Under the pieces are notes generated by a model. It was not told where the DNA came from and did not search any database. It saw only the letters and a list, made by a program, of their open reading frames with translations. A stretch of DNA of 58,733 nt from Pyrinomonadaceae bacterium (GTDB lineage: Bacteria; Acidobacteriota; Blastocatellia; Pyrinomonadales; Pyrinomonadaceae). A program made the translations under genes and the position numbers. Of the stretch, positions 28,750 through 38,203 are shown piece after piece (position 1 is the first letter of the stretch; the number at the start of each line of letters is the position of its first letter). Location of the stretch: assembly GCA_036377375.1 (NCBI GenBank), contig DASUYO010000064.1, positions 1 through 58,733 of the forward strand, read 5' to 3'.

Positions 28750-30570
28750 ATGAAGCATATTGGTTTGGTTCTAATACTTTTAGTGGCGACTGTCGCACAG
28801 GCACAAACACCCGATGCTGCGAAAGAGGTCAAAGAACGTCGTGCAAAAGCCCGCGCGCTACTGGTTGCGCTTTCAAGCGACGCACGCATGTTCCACGACG
28901 AAACGCTCCGCGCTCGATCTCTGGCGCGAATCGCTGACACGCTGTGGCAGGTTGATCCCGAACAAGGACGACTGCTGTTTCGCAAGGCCTGGGATGCCGC
29001 TGAAACCGCCGATCAGGAAAATGATAAAAAAGTCCAGGAGGAGATTCGACAACAGAAAGCAAAAACAGGTGGTGGCTATGCGATCAGTCTGCCGCCCAAC
29101 CTCCGCCGCGAAGTCTTAAAATTGGCGGCGCGCCACGATCGTGTTCTGGGTGAAGAGTTTCTCGAGAAACTGAAAACGCAAAAAGCTGACGCCGAAAACT
29201 CGGCGACAACTCCCAATCGATTTAACGGGCTTAGCGACCCTTTGAGCCAACGATTAGCCGTCTCGAAAGAATTACTTCAAGCCGGCGACGTTGAGCGCGC
29301 GCTGCAATTCGCTGCACCAGCCATCGCGGTCGTCAGCACAGAAAGCATTGATTTCCTCGTGGATCTCCGCGAAAAAAATTCAACAGCAGCCGACTCTGCT
29401 TACTCTGCATTGCTTACAAGCTCAGCCAACAATCCGCAATCGGATGCGAACACTGTTTCGCTGCTTTCGTCGTACATTTTTACACCTCGGCTTTACATGA
29501 CCTTCAGCGGCAGTGGCGTGGGGACGACGCAGTCTGCTTCAACCATCACGCCGGCTGCCGTAACGCCGGAATTGCGAAACGCATTCTTTCAATCTGCTGC
29601 ATCGATTCTGCTGCGGCCGTTGCCACCACCGGGCCAGGCTCCAGCCACGCCGAATCTCGACAGCAAATACTTAGTGCTTAAAAGGCTGCTGCCTTTCTTC
29701 GAACAATCAGCTCCAGCGGAGATGGTCGAGTCGCTGCGCGGTCATCTTAATGCGTTGAATGCGATCGTCTCAGAGAATGCGCGCCAGCGCGATGACGAGT
29801 TGATCAATAAAGGCGTCAAGCCGGATAAACCCGCGACTGACCGGGAACAGTTACTCCTGGATCGAATCGATCGCGCAAAGACCTCCGACGAGCGCGACTC
29901 GCTGTACATTCAGTTGGCCTTCATGACTGCAAACAAGGGCGAAATGAAGGCACGTGATTATGTAAGCAAAGTGGAAGATCCCGAGCTTCGCAAGCGACTG
30001 CAAGCGTTTGTCGATGGTTCACTTGCGAATCACTTTGTGGAAAAGAAGCTTCCGGACCAGGCGCTGGAGCTGGTCGCGAAGGGAGATTTAGATCATGTCT
30101 ACAAAGCATGGGTGCTGAGCTCATGCGCGAAGGTTGTTGCTAAAACCGACAAAGACAAGGCGCTGCAACTAATCGAAGAGGCGACTGAGGAAGCGCGGCG
30201 CATTGAAGTATCCGATCCAGCCCTGCCGCGCGCGTTGATTGCAATTGCAAACGCGCTGAAGGTCATCGACCCCGCACGCGCCTGGGATGCGACGTTCGAT
30301 GCAGTTAAGGCAGCAAATTCCGCGGAAGGGTTCACTGGTGAAGACGGTGAGCTGGTGTTGAAGTTTCAGAGCAAGGGTTCTTCATCAGTGCGCACGAACG
30401 ACGTTCCTGATTTCGATCTGGAAGGGATCTTTCGAGACTTAGCGGCGCAGGACTACGATCGTTCAGTTGAGCTTGCTCGAGGTTTTCAGGCTGAGGGACC
30501 AAGGGCGGTCGCGACGATCGCTATCGCTCGCGCGATCTTGGATCCAAAAAAGAAAGAAGCAGCTAAATAG
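28750..30570 (+). CDS. secreted all-alpha hypothetical protein, tandem paralog 2
   Basis: Signal peptide MKHIGLVLILLVATVAQAQ from the ATG at 28750. The track start at 28684 reads through the family D repeat. Paralogous to 26773-28641. Confidence 0.75.
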   Translation: MKHIGLVLILLVATVAQAQTPDAAKEVKERRAKARALLVALSSDARMFHDETLRARSLARIADTLWQVDPEQGRLLFRKAWDAAETADQENDKKVQEEIRQQKAKTGGGYAISLPPNLRREVLKLAARHDRVLGEEFLEKLKTQKADAENSATTPNRFNGLSDPLSQRLAVSKELLQAGDVERALQFAAPAIAVVSTESIDFLVDLREKNSTAADSAYSALLTSSANNPQSDANTVSLLSSYIFTPRLYMTFSGSGVGTTQSASTITPAAVTPELRNAFFQSAASILLRPLPPPGQAPATPNLDSKYLVLKRLLPFFEQSAPAEMVESLRGHLNALNAIVSENARQRDDELINKGVKPDKPATDREQLLLDRIDRAKTSDERDSLYIQLAFMTANKGEMKARDYVSKVEDPELRKRLQAFVDGSLANHFVEKKLPDQALELVAKGDLDHVYKAWVLSSCAKVVAKTDKDKALQLIEEATEEARRIEVSDPALPRALIAIANALKVIDPARAWDATFDAVKAANSAEGFTGEDGELVLKFQSKGSSSVRTNDVPDFDLEGIFRDLAAQDYDRSVELARGFQAEGPRAVATIAIARAILDPKKKEAAK

Positions 30571-30576
30571 GTCCTA

Positions 30577-31323
30577 TTACGAATAAATATTCATCGGGCG
30601 CGTGAGAAGCGCCAGCGGATCATCAACATTCAGCGCCTCGCGCACATAAAACGGCTCGCCTGCCGCGACTCCAATCAACGATCCGAAATATCGCATCCGA
30701 TACTCAATCTCATTAAGAAATCCGCGCCGGCTGATCCGCGTCTCGGGCTCTCTCGACGTTTGATCGTAAAACTGCGAACCATAAGCTTTAATCGCGCTCA
30801 TCTTTTCATCGACGAAAGCTGATACATCAACTACAAACGAAGGAACAATGCGCCGCGAAAACAGCGAATGCATGATCGCAGGCATCGGAACCGGAGATAA
30901 GCCCGCCTCCTCATCGTACCGGGCCATCGTTGCCAGCCGTGCGGCCTGCCTGACGATGATTGAAGTATTCGCGTGATCCGGATGCGGATCGTCTTCGTGC
31001 GTCGTTATCAGCACTTTCGGTTTGTGCGTGCGCAGCACTCGCACAAAAGCAGTTCGCGCAACTTCCGTCGCCCAAACGTGACCGTCGGGTTGTTCCAGGT
31101 TCAAACGCACGTCGAGTCGCATGATACGCGCGGCTTCCTGTGCTTCCTGCGCACGAATTTCGGGTGTTCCTCGCGTGCCCATTTCACCGCGCGTCAGATC
31201 GCAAACACCCGTGCGATAGCCGAGTGACTTCAATTTCAGAAGCGTTCCCGCAACCGACAACTCTGCGTCGTCTGGATGAGAAAAAACTGCGAGTACATCG
31301 AGTTGGGACTCCACCGGACTCAT
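30577..31323 (-). CDS. bshB1: PIG-L family deacetylase, bacillithiol biosynthesis deacetylase BshB1-like
   Basis: LAVFSHPDDAELSVAGTL, GVCDLTRGEMGTRG and HPDH motifs. Colinear with Bacillus BshB1 by eye. Confidence 0.82.
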   Translation of the reverse strand: MSPVESQLDVLAVFSHPDDAELSVAGTLLKLKSLGYRTGVCDLTRGEMGTRGTPEIRAQEAQEAARIMRLDVRLNLEQPDGHVWATEVARTAFVRVLRTHKPKVLITTHEDDPHPDHANTSIIVRQAARLATMARYDEEAGLSPVPMPAIMHSLFSRRIVPSFVVDVSAFVDEKMSAIKAYGSQFYDQTSREPETRISRRGFLNEIEYRMRYFGSLIGVAAGEPFYVREALNVDDPLALLTRPMNIYS

Positions 31324-31350
31324 GCGCGAAGTTTAGCTTAAAATGTGCGC

Positions 31351-32118
31351 ATGAAACTAACTATCCTCGGCTCGGGCACGTCAGTGCCGCATCCTGAACG
31401 CTCGTCAGCGGCACACTGGCTCGAAACATCGAAAGGCACAATCCTGCTCGACGCCAGTGCGGATGCGCCACATCGCATGGCGCAGGAACAACTCGACTGG
31501 CCAAACCTCGACGCGATCTGGATTAGCCATTTCCACCTGGATCACATGGGCGGTCTGACGCCGTTGCTTTTCGGCATGAAATGGGCGCCGCAAACTCAAA
31601 ACCGAACGAAGCCGCTGCGAATTTTTGGAGGCGAAAGATTGCGAGGACTTGTAGAAGCTGTGGACGAGTCGAATAGCTACGGCTTGCTTGAACAGCCATT
31701 CGCGATCGACATCGTCGAGGTTGCACCAGGGGCGGATTTCGAGATCCTGCCCGGAATAACTGCAAGCACTTTCTCAACGCCTCACACGGAAGAGAGTTTG
31801 GCCCTGCGTTTGAAAGACGATGACTCGAAACTGTTTGTCTACACTTCTGACACCGGTTTTTCAGATGATTTGGCCTCGTTTGCAAAAGACGCTTCTTTGC
31901 TGCTGATGGAATGTTCTTTCAGGAGAAACAAACCTGTGCAGAAGCACCTCGAGCTTGCGGAGGCGATGCGCGTTGCGCACGGCTGCGCGCCTGAGAAATT
32001 AGTGTTGACTCATCTTTATCCGGAGTGGGACCACGTGGATCTTGCCTCAGAGGCTCGAACGTTGTGGAATGGGGAAACGATTGAAGCAAGAGATGGATTA
32101 AGCTTCGAGATTAGGTAG
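31351..32118 (+). CDS. MBL-fold metallo-hydrolase (RNase Z/BN-like)
   Basis: HFHLDHMGG metal-binding motif and N-terminal LTILGSGTSVP. The ATG is at 31351, and an in-frame GTG at 31345 is also possible. Confidence 0.82.
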   Translation: MKLTILGSGTSVPHPERSSAAHWLETSKGTILLDASADAPHRMAQEQLDWPNLDAIWISHFHLDHMGGLTPLLFGMKWAPQTQNRTKPLRIFGGERLRGLVEAVDESNSYGLLEQPFAIDIVEVAPGADFEILPGITASTFSTPHTEESLALRLKDDDSKLFVYTSDTGFSDDLASFAKDASLLLMECSFRRNKPVQKHLELAEAMRVAHGCAPEKLVLTHLYPEWDHVDLASEARTLWNGETIEARDGLSFEIR

Positions 32119-32127
32119 CTTACACAG

Positions 32128-32997
32128 ATGATTCTGATCAAGGCACTCCTGTTAGTTTGTTTGTGTTATCCGGTCGCGGATGGACCATTGCTGGAATCCG
32201 GTAAAGGCACAACGCTGCGCAAACCGACTCCGGCGCCGAGCCAGATCAAAGTTATCTCCTACAACATCCGCTGGCGCAGCGGTGACGATCTCAAAGAGTT
32301 GATCAAGGCGCTGCAAAACGATCCAGAGCTCGGCGGCGCTTCGATTGTTGCGTTACAGGAAGTCGACCGTCACAAGAAACGCACCGGTAACAAAAACACC
32401 GTGAAGATGATCGCCGACGGATTGGGCATGCACTATGCCTGGGCAGCGCCACCAAGTCCGAAACCAGATGACGAAGAAGAAACGGGTGTCGCACTTCTCA
32501 GTGTTTACCCGTTGACTGATGTGCGACGCATCGTCTTGCCGCATCCTGGTCCAAATCAACGGCGTCGCGTAGCGCTTGGCGCAACGGTGGAGATCGGAAA
32601 CTGCAAGTGGCGCGTCTATTCCGCGCATGCTGAGACAAGGATTCCACTGGACGAGAAGATGGAACAGTTCAAAGCGGTGCTCGACGATCTCGCACAGTTT
32701 CCAGCACACATGCCTGCGATCATCATGGGCGACCTGAATACGTGGCAGCCTGACGCGGGCCGCAAGACCGCTAAAGTCTTTTCAGATGCGGGACTGAAGA
32801 CGCCCTTTGGAGATCAGACGACGTTCAGGCGCCGCATTATCTTTGTGCCGATAAAATTAAAGTTGGATTGGGTTTGGCTGCGCGGCCTGGAGGCTTCCAG
32901 TTTCGGCATCCATCGCAAACTCGAAGTCTCAGATCATTTTCCACTATGGACCAACATTAAGATCGAGCCACAAAAAAGCACAAAAGGCACAAGATAA
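32128..32997 (+). CDS. secreted endonuclease/exonuclease/phosphatase (EEP) family protein
   Basis: VISYNIRW, ALQEV, GDLNTW and SDHFP motifs of the EEP fold, plus an N-terminal signal. The C-terminal PQKSTKGTR is encoded by a family A repeat. Confidence 0.85.
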   Translation: MILIKALLLVCLCYPVADGPLLESGKGTTLRKPTPAPSQIKVISYNIRWRSGDDLKELIKALQNDPELGGASIVALQEVDRHKKRTGNKNTVKMIADGLGMHYAWAAPPSPKPDDEEETGVALLSVYPLTDVRRIVLPHPGPNQRRRVALGATVEIGNCKWRVYSAHAETRIPLDEKMEQFKAVLDDLAQFPAHMPAIIMGDLNTWQPDAGRKTAKVFSDAGLKTPFGDQTTFRRRIIFVPIKLKLDWVWLRGLEASSFGIHRKLEVSDHFPLWTNIKIEPQKSTKGTR

Positions 32998-33036
32998 GAA
33001 TAATTCCTTTTGTGACTTTTGTGCTTTTTTGTGGCT
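32967..33036. repeat. family A repeat as an inverted pair
   Basis: agccacaaaaaagcacaaaaggcacaag-ataagaataatt-ccttttgtgacttttgtgcttttttgtggct. Confidence 0.9.
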
Positions 33037-33049
33037 AGAATTGTCTTCG

Positions 33050-33202
33050 ATGAAATGTACTAACTGCGAAAGAGTCGTGAGCGCGACGCGGGGCCGCTGT
33101 CCCGCTTGTCATGTAAAGCTGCCCGCATGGTATTTAGTCGTCGTTATTACAAGTATTGTCGCACTTGTAGCCGCGTTCAAACTTGTAGAAGCAATTCTTT
33201 GA
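33050..33202 (+). CDS. small zinc-ribbon membrane protein (50 aa), absent from the ORF track
   Basis: ATG...TGA ORF encoding MKCTNCERVVSATRGRCPACHVKLPAWYLVVVITSIVALVAAFKLVEAIL. It has CxxC-N10-CxxC followed by one TM helix, and a strong hairpin follows. Confidence 0.5.
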   Translation: MKCTNCERVVSATRGRCPACHVKLPAWYLVVVITSIVALVAAFKLVEAIL

Positions 33203-33209
33203 TAATGAA

Positions 33210-33240
33210 GCGGTGAGTTTCGCCCCCCAAAACTCACCGC
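33210..33240. terminator. bidirectional stem-loop between the small ORF and tolC
   Basis: gcggtgagttt-cgcccccca-aaactcaccgc, an 11-bp stem. Confidence 0.65.
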
Positions 33241-33260
33241 TCGTCGTGATGGTGCAGCAA

Positions 33261-34934
33261 TTAGCGCACTCGCACCACGATACTGTTCACGTTTAGCGCA
33301 TTGCCCGTGGCGCGTTGAAGATCCGCAATCGCCTTGTTCAAATCCGTCTGTGCTTTCAACTCCTGACCGCGTGACTCAGTCAAAGCATTTTGTCGCTCCA
33401 GCACCAGGAACACCGTTGATTGTCCGGCATCGAGTTTTCTCTGCTCACTCGCAAACTGCTGTTCGTTCGCTTCGCGCGTGGCCGTAGCCGCACGCAGACG
33501 AGCTTCAGTGCTGCGCACCGATTGCAGTGCGTTGCGAACATCGACCTGAATTGTTTGCTCGATTTGCTCGCGTTGAGTTCCGATGCGCTCGGCTTCAACA
33601 AGTGTGCGGCCCAGATTCGCTTCAGCAGTGCGATTGCGCAAAGGCAAACTGATCTGAACGCCAACTTTAACGGTGCCGTAGCGATTCGCCAGCAGGTTCT
33701 GTATCGACTGTCCGTAGCCGCCGAGTAGATCCTGCGAGAACGTCTGCGGCGGGATAACCGGCAACGGCTCCAATCCTGCCAGCACAGAAAGTTGATCCAC
33801 CCGCTGGCGCACCAACACACTCGACTGGGTCAACGGATTGACAATATTGCTGCTGACTGAGCCCGCCAGACCGCTGATACCGTAAGTGCCAACCAGATCG
33901 ATTCCTGGCTTTGTTTGATCTTTGAAGTAACGCTGATCGATCTGATTGAGCTCCTTCAGCACGTTTGACTGCTGCAACTCGGGCCGGTTCTCCATTGCGG
34001 TTTTCAACGCATCCGCCAGGGAAATGTTAGGCGCAGCCAGATCGACGGAGTCTGTCGGAACGATCGATTCAGACCAAATCTGCGCTTTCTGGTCCTGAGC
34101 GATTAAATTCTTCAGATTGTTCTCAAAGCGCGAAATGTCTTCGAGCGCACTGAAAACGCGTTGCTCGAAACTTGAAATCTGTGCCTCGGCGGCGACGACG
34201 TCGATCGGCGCCAGTTGGCCTTCGTTCACCAGACGCTTGTTGTGCTCGAGTTGCGTGCGGGCCGTTGCGACAGCGTCACGTTGCACCTGAAGATTGCGTA
34301 ACGCAAAGACCAGATCCCAATACGCGCGCTGCACGTTCGTTATCGTGTCGATCGCGCGCTGGCGAAACTGCACATCAGTTAAAGAAAGATTCTTTTTGGC
34401 GATTTCAACCTGGCGACGGCTCGCGTCAATCTTGAGACCGCGCCACAGGGGTTGCGTGTAGCTAAACGTGACTGCGGTCGGATACTGCGGATTCAACGCA
34501 ACGAACTGATTGTTTGTATTCAGCTTTATCGATGAGAAATCAAGACGATAACTGCCGCCGAGCACTGGTGATTGACCTTCGAGGCGCGCGGTGCCAGTGT
34601 AGTCGCTTTGGATCGTTGAGCCATTCTGGCCGCCGCTTAAAAAACTCGAGATCGGGTTCTCGACGCGCTCGTAAAACGCTTGCGTCGTGAGTCGAGGATC
34701 GTATGCACCGCGGGCGCCGCGCAGATCAAACTCAGCAATGCGCACGTTCTCACGTGCTACCTCTATGTCTTTATTGTTTTCCAGCGCCATCGACAACGCT
34801 TCACGCAACGACAGCGGGCGCTGTTGATTGGTGTCGACACCGACGCGATTCAACTCCGGCATCGGTTTCTGCGCCATTGCCAAAGAACAAAGACTCAGTA
34901 CAAGAATGCCTAATAAAAAAATCCGTGTCTTCAT
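33261..34934 (-). CDS. TolC family outer membrane efflux protein
   Basis: Signal peptide MKTRIFLLGILVLSLCSLAMAQ from the ATG at 34934. It shows the duplicated TolC repeat pattern and is the last gene of the RND operon. The track N-terminal extension overlaps the RND gene. Confidence 0.9.
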   Translation of the reverse strand: MKTRIFLLGILVLSLCSLAMAQKPMPELNRVGVDTNQQRPLSLREALSMALENNKDIEVARENVRIAEFDLRGARGAYDPRLTTQAFYERVENPISSFLSGGQNGSTIQSDYTGTARLEGQSPVLGGSYRLDFSSIKLNTNNQFVALNPQYPTAVTFSYTQPLWRGLKIDASRRQVEIAKKNLSLTDVQFRQRAIDTITNVQRAYWDLVFALRNLQVQRDAVATARTQLEHNKRLVNEGQLAPIDVVAAEAQISSFEQRVFSALEDISRFENNLKNLIAQDQKAQIWSESIVPTDSVDLAAPNISLADALKTAMENRPELQQSNVLKELNQIDQRYFKDQTKPGIDLVGTYGISGLAGSVSSNIVNPLTQSSVLVRQRVDQLSVLAGLEPLPVIPPQTFSQDLLGGYGQSIQNLLANRYGTVKVGVQISLPLRNRTAEANLGRTLVEAERIGTQREQIEQTIQVDVRNALQSVRSTEARLRAATATREANEQQFASEQRKLDAGQSTVFLVLERQNALTESRGQELKAQTDLNKAIADLQRATGNALNVNSIVVRVR

Positions 34935-34963
34935 AATCAGTGTAAATCCGTGTTCCTGTGTTA
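34920..34963. repeat. family B-like units (AATCCGTGT variants) at the RND-tolC junction
   Basis: aatccgtgtcttcataatcagtgtaaatccgtgttcctgtgtta. It covers the tolC start and the RND stop. Confidence 0.5.
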
Positions 34964-37900
34964 CTGCTTCGAAATCAAGCCGGCAGCGGCAGTTGCTGCC
35001 CTGCGGCGCACGCGTCCAAATACACCCTGCACGCCATCCCTGATTTGACCCCAAACACGACTGCGCGCCAGGTCGTCGAAGAGTGAATAGAAAACCGGCA
35101 CCGCCAATAATGTCAGCAGCAAACACAGCGTCTGTCCGCCAACCACCAGCACACCGATCGATCTATTCGTTCCCGAACCTGGACCAGTCGAGATGGTCAA
35201 CGGCAACATGCCCGCGACCAGCGCGATCGTAGTCATCAGAATCGGACGCAAACGATCTCGATTCGCACGAATGATCGCTTCCAGCCGTTCCATTCCGCGC
35301 GCGCGCAACTGATTAGTGTGATCGATCTGCAAGATCGCGTTCTTCTTGACCACTCCAAACAGCAGCAGCAATCCGAGACCGGAGAAAATGTTCACCGTCT
35401 GGCCTGTCATCAGCAGGGACAGAATGCCGAACGGAATTGCCAGCGGCAGCGTCAGCAGAATCGTCACCGGGTGAATGAACGACTCAAATTGCGCCGCGAG
35501 CACCATGTACATGAAGACAAACGAAAGGATGAATGCCAGGACGAAGTAATAGCCCGCGCGTCCAAGTTCCTTCGAGCGTCCCGCGAGCCCAGTCGAATAC
35601 GCCGGATCGATGTTGATCTCTTTCACAAACTGGTTCATCTGTTGAATGACCGCCGCCTGTGAGCCGCCCGGTCTGATGTTGCCCAGCATTGTCACCTGGC
35701 GTCTGCGATTCAAACGATCGATTGCCGCGGGTCCGGTCCCTTCTTCGATACGCACGAGATTGTCGAGACTGACCCATCCAACTTTCGTCGACGACACGAT
35801 CATGCGATTCAGACCTTCGACACTCGTGCGAAACTGTCCAATCGAGCGCACCCGCACGTCGTACTGGTCTGTGCCGGCGTTGAACGTTGAAACTTTCTGA
35901 CCAGCGACGAGTGAATTGAGTGCCTGCGCGATGTCACCGACTCTCACGCCGAGATCCGCTGCACGCGCTCGATCGATCACCACTCGCAGCTCGGGCTTGC
36001 CGGTGATCAGTGTCGAGTCGGCGTCGACTACGTCAGGAAGAGTCTTCATCTTCTGGAGCAACGCGTTTGAATACTGCGTCAGCTTGTTCAGGTCTGGACC
36101 ACCAATGACGTACTGAATGTCAGCGTTACGAAAACCTCCGCCCGAGATCGCGGCAACCTGCTGCACGCTGGTGCGCAATTGTCCGGGATACTGTTTCAAA
36201 TACTTTCCAAGCACTTCGTTACGCGCGCGCACCATGAGTGCCTGTTGCGAGATCTTTCGGTCTTCAATCGGAGTCAGCTTCACGTAAATTGAAGCCACGT
36301 TGACCTGCTCCTGCTGGCCACCGCCGATCGTCGTCAGCGTGTCAGTCACGCCAGGCAGCTTCCGCACGTCGGCGGCGATGCGCTCAGCCAATGTCGAAGT
36401 GTTTGCCAGCGAGTAGCCTTCCGGCGCGCGCACGTTCAGTTCAAACTGCGCCTGATCGTCAACCGGCAGGAAGTTCTTTCCGACGAACATGAAGAGCGGC
36501 ACGATGCTCAGAATCACGATGCCGCAAGCAGCCACGATGATCCAGCGGTGTCGCATGGACCACGTCAACAGTTTCGTATACGTGAGATCGATGGGACGAT
36601 AAAAGCGCGATTCTTTCGAGCCGTGATCGGCAGGTTCAGTATGTCTTTCGAGCTTACGCTCCTTTTCGTCGTCGCTGCGCTTGATCAAACGTGCCGCAAG
36701 CATAGGCGTCAGCGTGAACGACACCAGCAACGATACCGCGATAGCAAACGACGAAGTCAAACCGAACGACGACATGAAGCGGCCGACAATGCCGCCCATG
36801 AAACCGACTGGCAGGAACACCGCCAGCAGCGACAGTGTCGTTGCCATAACGGCGAGTCCGATCTCTTTCGTTCCCTCGATGGCTGCCTGGAATGGCGGCA
36901 CACCCTTCTCTTCAATGAAGCGGAAGATGTTTTCGAGTACGACGATCGCGTCGTCGATCACGATACCCACCATCAGCGTCAGTGCGAGCATCGTGATCTG
37001 GTTCAGTGTGAAACCCATTGCGGCCATCAAGCCAAACGTCGCAATGAGCGAAGTCGGAATAGCGAGTCCGGCGATGATTGTTGAGCGGAAGCTCCACAGG
37101 AAAATGAAGACGACGATGGCGGCCAGAATACTGCCTTCGATCAAGTGCGTCTGAATCGCTTCGATCGACGCCTTGATGAAGATCGACTGATCGCCGACAA
37201 CTTCTGTTTTGAAGCCCGATGGAAGCGTCCTGCTGATCTCTCGCAAGCGCTCTTTCACAGCGTCGGCGACTGCTACCGTGTTCTGACCTGATTGTTTTGC
37301 AACAACCACCGTCACAGCCGGCTGTCCGTTCAAACGAGCTTCGGTGCGCGGCTCTTCAGCTCCGTCTTCGGCGTAACCAATGTCGCTGAGTTTGACTGCG
37401 TACGTCCCTCGATTCGCGACGACGAGGTTGTTGAACTCCGCGGGCTCGACGATGCGGCCCATCGTGCGCACTGTCAGTTCGCGCGCGCCTTCGTCAACAC
37501 GCCCGCCCGGCACTTCCAGATTTTGCGCTCGAACTGCATCCGCAACCTGCGCAACCGTCACGTTGAAGGCGCGCATTTTGTCAGGGTCAACCCAGATCTC
37601 GATCTCACGCCGGCGGCCGCCGATGATCTGCACGTCGCCCACGCCGTTGATCGATTCAATCTGCTGTTTGATCTGCTTGTCGGCAATCTCCGTCACTTCG
37701 CGCAAGGAGCGATTGGCTGACACCGCGATGCGAACCACGGGCGCCGCGTCAGTGTCGAGCTTCTGCACGATCGGCTGCTCTGCTGTGACAGGCAGATCGT
37801 TGATGATTAATTCAATCTTGTTTCTGACTTCCTGTGCGGCAACGTCCGGATTCTTCTCGAGCAGGAACGTGATGAAGACCTGCGAAACACCTTCGACAGA

Positions 37901-38152
37901 TGTTGAGCGAAGTTCATCGATACCGGAGATCGTGTTGACTGCGCCTTCAACACGATCGGTGATTTCAGTTTCGATCTCCTGCGGCGACGCGCCGGGGTTC
38001 ACGACGGTTACAGTGATCGTCGGCAGGTCGATCTTGGGAAACAGATCGACGCCCAGCGACTTGTAGGAGAACAGCCCGACGACAGTCAGGCTGAGAATCA
38101 GCATCGTCGCAAAAACTGGACGACGAACACAGATTTCAGCAAGTTTTTGCAT
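34961..38152 (-). CDS. RND efflux transporter permease (AcrB/HAE1-like)
   Basis: 1063 aa with the 12-TM plus two large periplasmic loop architecture. N-terminus is ICVRRPVFATMLILSLTVVGLFSY. Confidence 0.93.
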   Translation of the reverse strand: MQKLAEICVRRPVFATMLILSLTVVGLFSYKSLGVDLFPKIDLPTITVTVVNPGASPQEIETEITDRVEGAVNTISGIDELRSTSVEGVSQVFITFLLEKNPDVAAQEVRNKIELIINDLPVTAEQPIVQKLDTDAAPVVRIAVSANRSLREVTEIADKQIKQQIESINGVGDVQIIGGRRREIEIWVDPDKMRAFNVTVAQVADAVRAQNLEVPGGRVDEGARELTVRTMGRIVEPAEFNNLVVANRGTYAVKLSDIGYAEDGAEEPRTEARLNGQPAVTVVVAKQSGQNTVAVADAVKERLREISRTLPSGFKTEVVGDQSIFIKASIEAIQTHLIEGSILAAIVVFIFLWSFRSTIIAGLAIPTSLIATFGLMAAMGFTLNQITMLALTLMVGIVIDDAIVVLENIFRFIEEKGVPPFQAAIEGTKEIGLAVMATTLSLLAVFLPVGFMGGIVGRFMSSFGLTSSFAIAVSLLVSFTLTPMLAARLIKRSDDEKERKLERHTEPADHGSKESRFYRPIDLTYTKLLTWSMRHRWIIVAACGIVILSIVPLFMFVGKNFLPVDDQAQFELNVRAPEGYSLANTSTLAERIAADVRKLPGVTDTLTTIGGGQQEQVNVASIYVKLTPIEDRKISQQALMVRARNEVLGKYLKQYPGQLRTSVQQVAAISGGGFRNADIQYVIGGPDLNKLTQYSNALLQKMKTLPDVVDADSTLITGKPELRVVIDRARAADLGVRVGDIAQALNSLVAGQKVSTFNAGTDQYDVRVRSIGQFRTSVEGLNRMIVSSTKVGWVSLDNLVRIEEGTGPAAIDRLNRRRQVTMLGNIRPGGSQAAVIQQMNQFVKEINIDPAYSTGLAGRSKELGRAGYYFVLAFILSFVFMYMVLAAQFESFIHPVTILLTLPLAIPFGILSLLMTGQTVNIFSGLGLLLLFGVVKKNAILQIDHTNQLRARGMERLEAIIRANRDRLRPILMTTIALVAGMLPLTISTGPGSGTNRSIGVLVVGGQTLCLLLTLLAVPVFYSLFDDLARSRVWGQIRDGVQGVFGRVRRRAATAAAGLISKQ

Positions 38153-38165
38153 AAAAATTTTCTTT

Positions 38166-38199
38166 AGCCGCGGATTAACGCGGATTACGCAGATAAAAC
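38166..38199. repeat. family B-like tandem units (CGCGGATTAA CGCGGATTA CGCAGATAA)
   Basis: Lies in the MFP-RND intercistronic spacer. Confidence 0.7.
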
Positions 38200-38203
38200 A
38201 AAA

